Positions 26,813 through 32,000 of a DNA stretch of 32,000 nt are shown here, one piece after another (position 1 is the stretch's first letter; each line of letters begins with the position of its first letter). The notes beneath the pieces were generated by a model. It was not told where the DNA came from. It ran no database searches and saw nothing but the letters and a program-made list of their open reading frames with translations. Made by a program: the position numbers and the translations under genes. Source of the DNA: Methanocaldococcus jannaschii DSM 2661 (GTDB lineage Archaea > AGJL01 > Methanococci > Methanococcales > Methanocaldococcaceae); NCBI RefSeq assembly GCF_000091665.1, contig NC_000909.1, forward strand, positions 1,192,961 to 1,224,960, written 5' to 3'.

Positions 26813-27205
26813 AATCTTAATATCATCCATTCCTGATTTTAACTACAGGAAATCTCAATGAGAGTGATTTAGAGTTCATAAAGGTTTCCATCCTCCAAGA
26901 GGTCTGATTTTAACCAGGAGATTAATTTATTCCCAATTATATTGATATTTTTAGCTATAATTTCCATCCTCCAAGAGGTCTGATTTTAACGAGGAGAACT
27001 AATATATTACAATAATAATAATAATTTATTAAGTTTCCATCCTCCAAGAGGTCTGATTTTAACAATGGTGTCATTTATGAACTATCAGAATGCAATTAAC
27101 GTTTCCATCCTCCAAGAGGTCTGATTTTAACGGAGGATATAAAGGAAGGATTAGGGGAAGCAGTTAGACAATTGGTTTCCATCCTCCAAGAGGTCTGATT
27201 TTAAC
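26813..27205 (-). CRISPR. CRISPR mini-array: 5 intact 31-nt repeats plus 1 degenerate terminal repeat
   Basis: Repeats lie at 26884-26914, 26960-26990, 27033-27063, 27101-27131 and 27175-27205. The minus-strand reading is GTTAAAATCAGACCTCTTGGAGGATGGAAA(C/T). A degenerate copy at 26813-26843 keeps only the CTGATTTTAAC end. Spacers are 40, 45, 42, 37 and 43 nt. The orientation comes from the ...ATGGAAAC 3' end, the degenerate repeat at the low-coordinate end and the AT-rich leader at the high-coordinate end. Confidence 0.93.
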
Positions 27206-27684
27206 AGGCGGTCATATCAGATGATTTATTTTATAATCTTTCTGATATTTATATTTTACTACCCACATTTTACCGATGGGTAGGTTTCACCTTTTATTTA
27301 TATACCATTAACCAATATTTAAACTTTTCTCTATGGTATAAACTTGGTTTTTAAAATATTTGATTTTCAAAATAAAAATTAATCATTGGAGAAATCTCAA
27401 AATAAAAACAATTAAGTAGAATTTTTTAAAAATCCCTATAATTTAACAAATCCAAATAAATAAAATTTTTAAAATAAGCTACCCTTAGAAATTAGATAAA
27501 AAAGGTTAAAAATAATGATATCAGATTTTAAATGGGTTTTTCCTAATTATAAATGTATTGAACGAGATAAACTTTCCAAATCCATATAAAATTAAAAATC
27601 CTAGTCCTAGTGTATTACGACAAAATTATAAATTGGTAATAAAAATATTATGTAAAAAATACAATAAGCATAAAGAAATCTCTA
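27206..27684 (-). promoter_or_regulatory. CRISPR leader (AT-rich, non-coding; the 'long repeat' type of M. jannaschii-like arrays)
   Basis: About 480 bp with no credible ORF, directly abutting the best-conserved repeat. It contains the inverted repeats 27214-27221/27241-27248 and 27259-27265/27277-27283, and TATA-like TTTATATA around 27296-27303. The exact extent is uncertain. Confidence 0.65.
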
Positions 27685-29346
27685 TTAATCATATCTTAAT
27701 ACAGCTCCCTCATCAGCTGAACTTACAAGCTTAGCATATCTTGCTAAATAACCTTTTTTAACCTTAGGTTCAGGTTTTTTCCATTTGGCTAATCTCTCTT
27801 TAATCTCTTCTTCATCTAAAGCTAAATCCAACTTCTTGTTTATCATGTCTATTTTTATAATATCTCCATCTTCAACTATCGCTATCGGACCTCCAGCCAT
27901 TGCCTCTGGAGAAACGTGCCCAATACACGGTCCTCTACTTCCTCCGCTGAATCTTCCATCTGTAATTAAAGCGACAGAATCATCCAACCCCATTCCACAT
28001 ATTGCTGAAGTTGGAGCCAACATTTCCCTCATTCCTGGCCCTCCTGCAGGCCCCTCATATCTGATAACCACAACATCTCCTCTCTCAATATCTCCCCCCA
28101 ATATAGCATCAACTGCCTCTTCCTCACTATCAAAGACTCTTGCAGGCCCTTCATGCTTATACATTTTTGGATTTACAGCTCCGATTTTAACAACTGCTCC
28201 GTTAGGAGCTAAGCTTCCTTTCAATATTCTCAAACCAGCTGTTTCATGAACTGGATTATCTACAGGTCTTATTACACTATAATCAATGTATTTAACCTCT
28301 TTAATTATTTCTCCAATGGTTTTTCCACTAACTGTTAAGCATTCTTTTCTTATTTTTTCCTCTAAAACCTTTAAAACAGCTGGAATTCCTCCAGCTCTGT
28401 GCAAGTCAATTATAAAGTGCTCTCCACCAGGTCTTAAAGAAGCTATGTGAGGAACTTCACCAGATAATCTATCAAAGTCATCCAATGTTATGAACTTTGG
28501 CTTTACCTCATTTGCTATTGCCGGAATATGTAGAGTTGTATTTGTTGAACCACCCAAAGCTAAATCTACCAAAATGGCATTTTCAAATGCCTCCTTAGTT
28601 AAAATCTTATCTGGAGTTATGTTGTTTCTAACTAAATCAACTATTCTCATCCCACTTCTTTTAGCTATTCTTATCTTCTCTGCTGTTGTTGCATGTGATG
28701 TTGCACAATATGGCAAAGAGAGGCCCATAGCCTCTGTTAAGCAAGCCATGGTATTTGCTGTAAATAGTCCAGCACAACTACCAGCTCCTGGGCAGGCAAT
28801 ATCTTCAATCTCTTTAAGTTCTTCCTCTGTAATTTTTCCAGCTGCACAAGCTCCAACTCCCTCAAATACACTAATTAAATCATACTTTTTCCCTCTCAAC
28901 TCTCCAGGAAACATCGGCCCCCCAGTAACAACTATAAATGGTAATCCAGTTCTTATAGCTCCCATTATCATTCCAGGAACTATTTTGTCGCATGAAGGAA
29001 TTAAAACTAATCCATCAAATCCATGAGCTTTTGCCATACTCTCTACAGTATCTGCTATAATTTCCCTTGAAGGTAAGGAATATTTCATCCCCTCATGTCC
29101 CATTGCTATTCCATCACATATTGCCATTGTGTTGAATTCAAAGGCAGTTCCTCCATTTGCGTAAATTCCTTTTTTAACTGCCTCAGCAATATCTCTTAAA
29201 TGAATATGCCCAGGAACAACTTCGGTAAAGCTATTAACAACTCCAATAAATGGTCTCTCCAATTCCTCATCTGTATATCCACAAGCCTTTAATAAACTTC
29301 TATTTGGAGCTCTTTTTAATCCTTTTTTTACTCTATCACTTATCAT
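27685..29346 (-). CDS. ilvD: Dihydroxy-acid dehydratase
   Basis: IlvD/Edd motifs [12 protein letters not shown] and [12 protein letters not shown]. The start is moved to the ATG at 29346 ([19 protein letters not shown]), which follows GAGGGAGAAG. Confidence 0.93.
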
Positions 29347-29428
29347 CTTCTCCCTCTTCATAAAATTCAATTTCTGAATTTGAATTTTTTTCTAAATTCT
29401 TCACATTCTTTTTCAATTTTTTCAACAT

Positions 29429-29566
29429 CTACACCTTTTCCATAAGTTTATAGAATTTCTCTCCCAAGATTTTTTTCTTGATGAAATTTTCAAGCTCCTT
29501 TTTGAATTTATTTTTATCAATAAATTCTGGAATTTCAAAAGTTAAAGTTATCGTCTGTGTAGCCAT
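29429..29566 (-). CDS. Unannotated small ORF (45 aa) between leuD and ilvD
   Basis: The minus-strand sequence GGTGGTAATTATG gives MATQTITLTFEIPEFIDKNKFKKELENFIKKKILGEKFYKLMEKV, ending at a TAG. The SD spacing matches that of neighbouring genes. It falls below the ORF-track length cutoff. Confidence 0.4.
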   Translation of the reverse strand: MATQTITLTFEIPEFIDKNKFKKELENFIKKKILGEKFYKLMEKV

Positions 29567-29587
29567 AATTACCACCAAAAAATAAAA

Positions 29588-30094
29588 TTATTGGCTTTCA
29601 GCCATCTTTTTCTTTAAGTATGGCATTAATCCTCCAGCCTCTAAAATTTCCATCATGAATTCTGGTAATTTTTGACCTTTTAAAACCTCTCCAGTGGTTA
29701 AGTTTTTAATCTCTCCAGTCTCTAAATTAACCTCTAACTCATCCCCTTCATTGACTTTCTCTGAAATGCCCTTACATTCAATTAATGGTAATCCAACATT
29801 TATGGCATTTCTATAAAATATTCTTGCGAAGCTCTCAGCAATAACACAGCTGATTCCAGCTCCTTTTAATCCTAATGGGGCATGCTCTCTACTTGAACCA
29901 CATCCAAAGTTCTTTCCTCCAACTATTATATCTCCTGGCTTAACCTTCTTTGGAAAATCTGGGTCTGCCCCAGTCATAACAAACTGAGCTAATTCCTCTG
30001 GTTTTGTATAAACTAAATACCTTGCTGGTAATATAGCATCTGTATCTACGTTATTTCCAAACTTCCAAACTCTTCCCTTTATTATACTTCTCAT
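29588..30094 (-). CDS. leuD: 3-isopropylmalate dehydratase small subunit LeuD-type (YLVY specificity loop)
   Basis: [13 protein letters not shown] and the loop [11 protein letters not shown]. It is paralogous to the gene at 22673-23185. Confidence 0.8.
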   Translation of the reverse strand: MRSIIKGRVWKFGNNVDTDAILPARYLVYTKPEELAQFVMTGADPDFPKKVKPGDIIVGGKNFGCGSSREHAPLGLKGAGISCVIAESFARIFYRNAINVGLPLIECKGISEKVNEGDELEVNLETGEIKNLTTGEVLKGQKLPEFMMEILEAGGLMPYLKKKMAESQ

Positions 30095-30217
30095 TATTTC
30101 ACCTTTTGAATATGATTAATGTAGATTATAACTAAAATAAAAAGTAAGTGAATAAATAAGTTTTGTTTTCTGTATTGTTTAATATGAAAATCTAAATATA
30201 AGAAAATAGAAATAACA

Positions 30218-30757
30218 TTAGTCAAACTTCTTTTTTAATGGCTCTAAATGTTTAACTAATGTATTTAATATCTTCTCCAATTCTTCCCTAAGGGCTTCTT
30301 TTTCTATTCTATCTGATTTTATATATTTTCCTAAATCTTCAATATATGTTGTTGTTGCTATTATGTAGTTCAAATCATGATTTATTTTAACTTTTCCAAA
30401 TATTGGAATTTTAAACATATTTTTAAAATCAGTTTGATACATAACTAAAACATCATTTGGTTCAACCAAGTCATTTTTAATTACTGCTTCAAATGTTAAA
30501 ACTGACTGAGAACCAAGAATTTTTGACGCCATCCCCTCAATTTTTCTATCTACCGTAATCCTAAGTATGTGTAAGACCGGATGATTTACAAATTTGAAGG
30601 TTAAGCTGTGAGAGCTTTCTGTTGGTGAGTTAATTTCTGTTAAAACAGCTCCATTTTTATACATAAAATTTATTAACTCACCAACGAATATCTCGTCAAT
30701 GCTCTTAGTGTATTCTCTTGAATGAGTTATTTTTTTAGCTAAATCAAAAATTCCCAT
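30218..30757 (-). CDS. Uncharacterised protein, paralog of the upstream gene
   Basis: 179 aa. The ATG immediately follows the upstream TAA, and AAGGTGGA lies inside the upstream gene's end. It shares the segment IDEIFVGELINFMYKNGAVLTEINS with its neighbour. Confidence 0.6.
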   Translation of the reverse strand: MGIFDLAKKITHSREYTKSIDEIFVGELINFMYKNGAVLTEINSPTESSHSLTFKFVNHPVLHILRITVDRKIEGMASKILGSQSVLTFEAVIKNDLVEPNDVLVMYQTDFKNMFKIPIFGKVKINHDLNYIIATTTYIEDLGKYIKSDRIEKEALREELEKILNTLVKHLEPLKKKFD

Positions 30758-31303
30758 TTATTCCACCTTTTTATGAATTTCTAAATATTTAGCAAGAGAG
30801 GATATTATTGCATTTATATCATTATTTAGTTTTTCCCAATCAATCGTTAGCGTGTCAAAGTCAATGTAATCGTTTATTAGCAAATAAGTTGCACAATTTA
30901 CAAAAGTATAATAACCATCATACTCATATCTAATACTTCCAATGTTTGATAGCATTTGAGATAGGTATCCTTTTAATCCTAAACCAAATAAGGATGGTGG
31001 GATTCCTTTAATCATAACCCCATAAGAAAATTCAATAAACATCCTCGCCCCTATAACTTTGACATCTGTTAATGAGTGGGGAAGCACTTCAGCAACTATT
31101 TTTATTCTATCCCAGCTTTCTAAATGTTCAAACATAAAGTAATGGAAGTTTCCATTTGAAGCGATGTCCATTAAAACATATCCATTGTCAGTTAATGTTG
31201 TTATTATTGCCCCTAAAAAAACTTCATCAATATATGTTGCTTTATTTTCTTCATTTTTTAATTTCCAACCTTTTTTTATTAATTCTATAAACCTCTTATC
31301 CAT
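30758..31303 (-). CDS. Uncharacterised protein, first gene of the tandem paralog pair
   Basis: The ATG at 31303 (MDKRFIELIKKG) follows GGTGA by 5 nt; the ORF-track GTG at 31315 lies inside the RBS. It contains IDEVFLGAIITTLTDNGYVLMDIAS. Confidence 0.6.
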   Translation of the reverse strand: MDKRFIELIKKGWKLKNEENKATYIDEVFLGAIITTLTDNGYVLMDIASNGNFHYFMFEHLESWDRIKIVAEVLPHSLTDVKVIGARMFIEFSYGVMIKGIPPSLFGLGLKGYLSQMLSNIGSIRYEYDGYYTFVNCATYLLINDYIDFDTLTIDWEKLNNDINAIISSLAKYLEIHKKVE

Positions 31304-31496
31304 TAAAATCACCAATTGCCATAATAAAATTTTTAATACTTTAAACTATTTATAGAAATAATTTTAAAGTATTTATTAGGTATCCATTCAACTATATAAA
31401 AATTTCTACTGTATTCAGGTATATTGCTTAAAAATTTAAAATTTTATATTAGTTTTAAATATAAAAATTTGTATATTTAAATATATAGGTGAAAAT

Positions 31497-31970
31497 ATGA
31501 ATTTAATATTAACTCTACTCATAATTTTTGCCATAATTGGGCTTTTAATTTTAATTTTTGGAATTTGGCTGATAAAAAAACTTCTATTTCCAAAAAAGAA
31601 GCCAAAACCATATCAAGTTAGACATGGAAGCTCATCAAGTAAAAGAGGTTATGGAAGTCATGATGTTTATCATCACCATTATGTAACTAAAGATGTCTAT
31701 GTCCATGATTATGGCGATGACGACATTTATGATGAAAGAGGAAAAAAAGAGGGTGATAAAGATGATAGTTTAATAGATAAAGCCATTGCCTTTGGAGCTG
31801 GAGCAGTAACTGGTTATGGAGTAGCAGAATATGGTGAAGAGATTAAAGAAGAGGTTGAAGATATTGTAAAAGAGGGAGAAGATATAATTGATGATATTGT
31901 GGAAGAGGCAGAGGACTTTGTTGAAGATGTTGTTGATGACTTTGATAATGGAGGAGACGACGACTATTAA
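31497..31970 (+). CDS. Small membrane-anchored protein with His/Tyr-rich segment and extremely acidic C-terminal tail
   Basis: AGGTGAAAATATG RBS. The layout is an N-terminal TM helix ([24 protein letters not shown]), a basic stop-transfer segment ([12 protein letters not shown]), [24 protein letters not shown], a Gly/Ala-rich segment, and then a long D/E-rich tail. Confidence 0.6.
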
Positions 31971-31986
31971 AGAGGAGGTGTTTTTT

Positions 31987-32000
31987 ATGAAAAAATTTGT
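31987..32000 (+). CDS. 5' end of a further gene (truncated by the window edge)
   Basis: AGGAGGTG is followed 6 nt later by ATGAAAAAATTTG. Only 4 codons are visible. Confidence 0.3.

Noticed and set aside
27515-27589. A 24-codon ORF (MISDFKWVFPNYKCIERDKLSKSI) inside the CRISPR leader.
   Set aside because: It is very short with a weak RBS (AAGGTTA at non-standard spacing), and it lies on the strand opposite to array transcription in a region best explained as leader. There is no supporting feature.
27785-29026. Two long antisense ORFs (154 and 178 aa) opposite ilvD.
   Set aside because: IlvD on the minus strand has unambiguous motifs along its full length. The plus-strand translations are Pro/Ser/Ala/Ile-rich mirror frames with no start context.
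29429-29431. The TAG between the two small ORFs, considered as a pyrrolysine or programmed read-through codon.
   Set aside because: Pyrrolysine machinery is known from the Methanosarcinales and a few other lineages, not the Methanococcales, and no PYLIS-like context can be assessed here. I kept it only as a remote alternative within the small-ORF finding.

Overview
This is an AT-rich archaeal chromosomal window. Spacers are short, GGTGA/GAGG-type ribosome-binding sites sit 4-5 nt before start codons, and many genes overlap at start/stop. The protein sequences point to a hyperthermophilic methanogen of the Methanocaldococcus type. From memory the gene order resembles the M. jannaschii MJ125x-MJ128x neighbourhood, but I cannot verify that here.

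Most of the window is housekeeping:
- Lipid, secretion and cofactor genes: GGGP synthase, SecF, CofD.
- Information processing: an archaeal histone, ribosomal protein S6e, aIF2-gamma, MetRS, diphthine synthase.
- Nucleotide metabolism: PyrH, PurL, Ndk.
- A five-gene Liv-type ABC transporter.
- Two paralogous aconitase-family small subunits (HacB-like with YLRT, LeuD-like with YLVY), a QueD/PTPS-like protein, a BpsA-like polyamine synthase, a CPA2 antiporter and IlvD.

The non-routine content is:
1. Four same-orientation copies of a ~105-113 bp palindromic intergenic element, with 15-16 bp terminal inverted repeats, a TAAGG(A) motif and a covarying central hairpin.
2. Two G+C-rich, hairpin-dense intergenic islands that are ncRNA candidates. 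One is bracketed by imperfect duplications of the aIF2-gamma 3' end.
3. A cas-less five-repeat CRISPR mini-array with a ~480 bp AT-rich leader, read on the minus strand.
4. Two homopolymer-associated reading-frame anomalies in the liv operon: a G6 run at the livJ 5' end and an A-run in livF.
5. A membrane-tethered winged-helix protein preceded by a perfect 23 bp palindrome.
6. Unannotated small ORFs between leuD and ilvD, split by a single TAG.
7. A translationally coupled pair of uncharacterised paralogs divergent from a His/Tyr-rich, extremely acidic membrane protein.

I found no clear defence, toxin or mobile gene cassette. The candidate novel items are RNA/repeat-level features and the uncharacterised gene pair at the 3' end.
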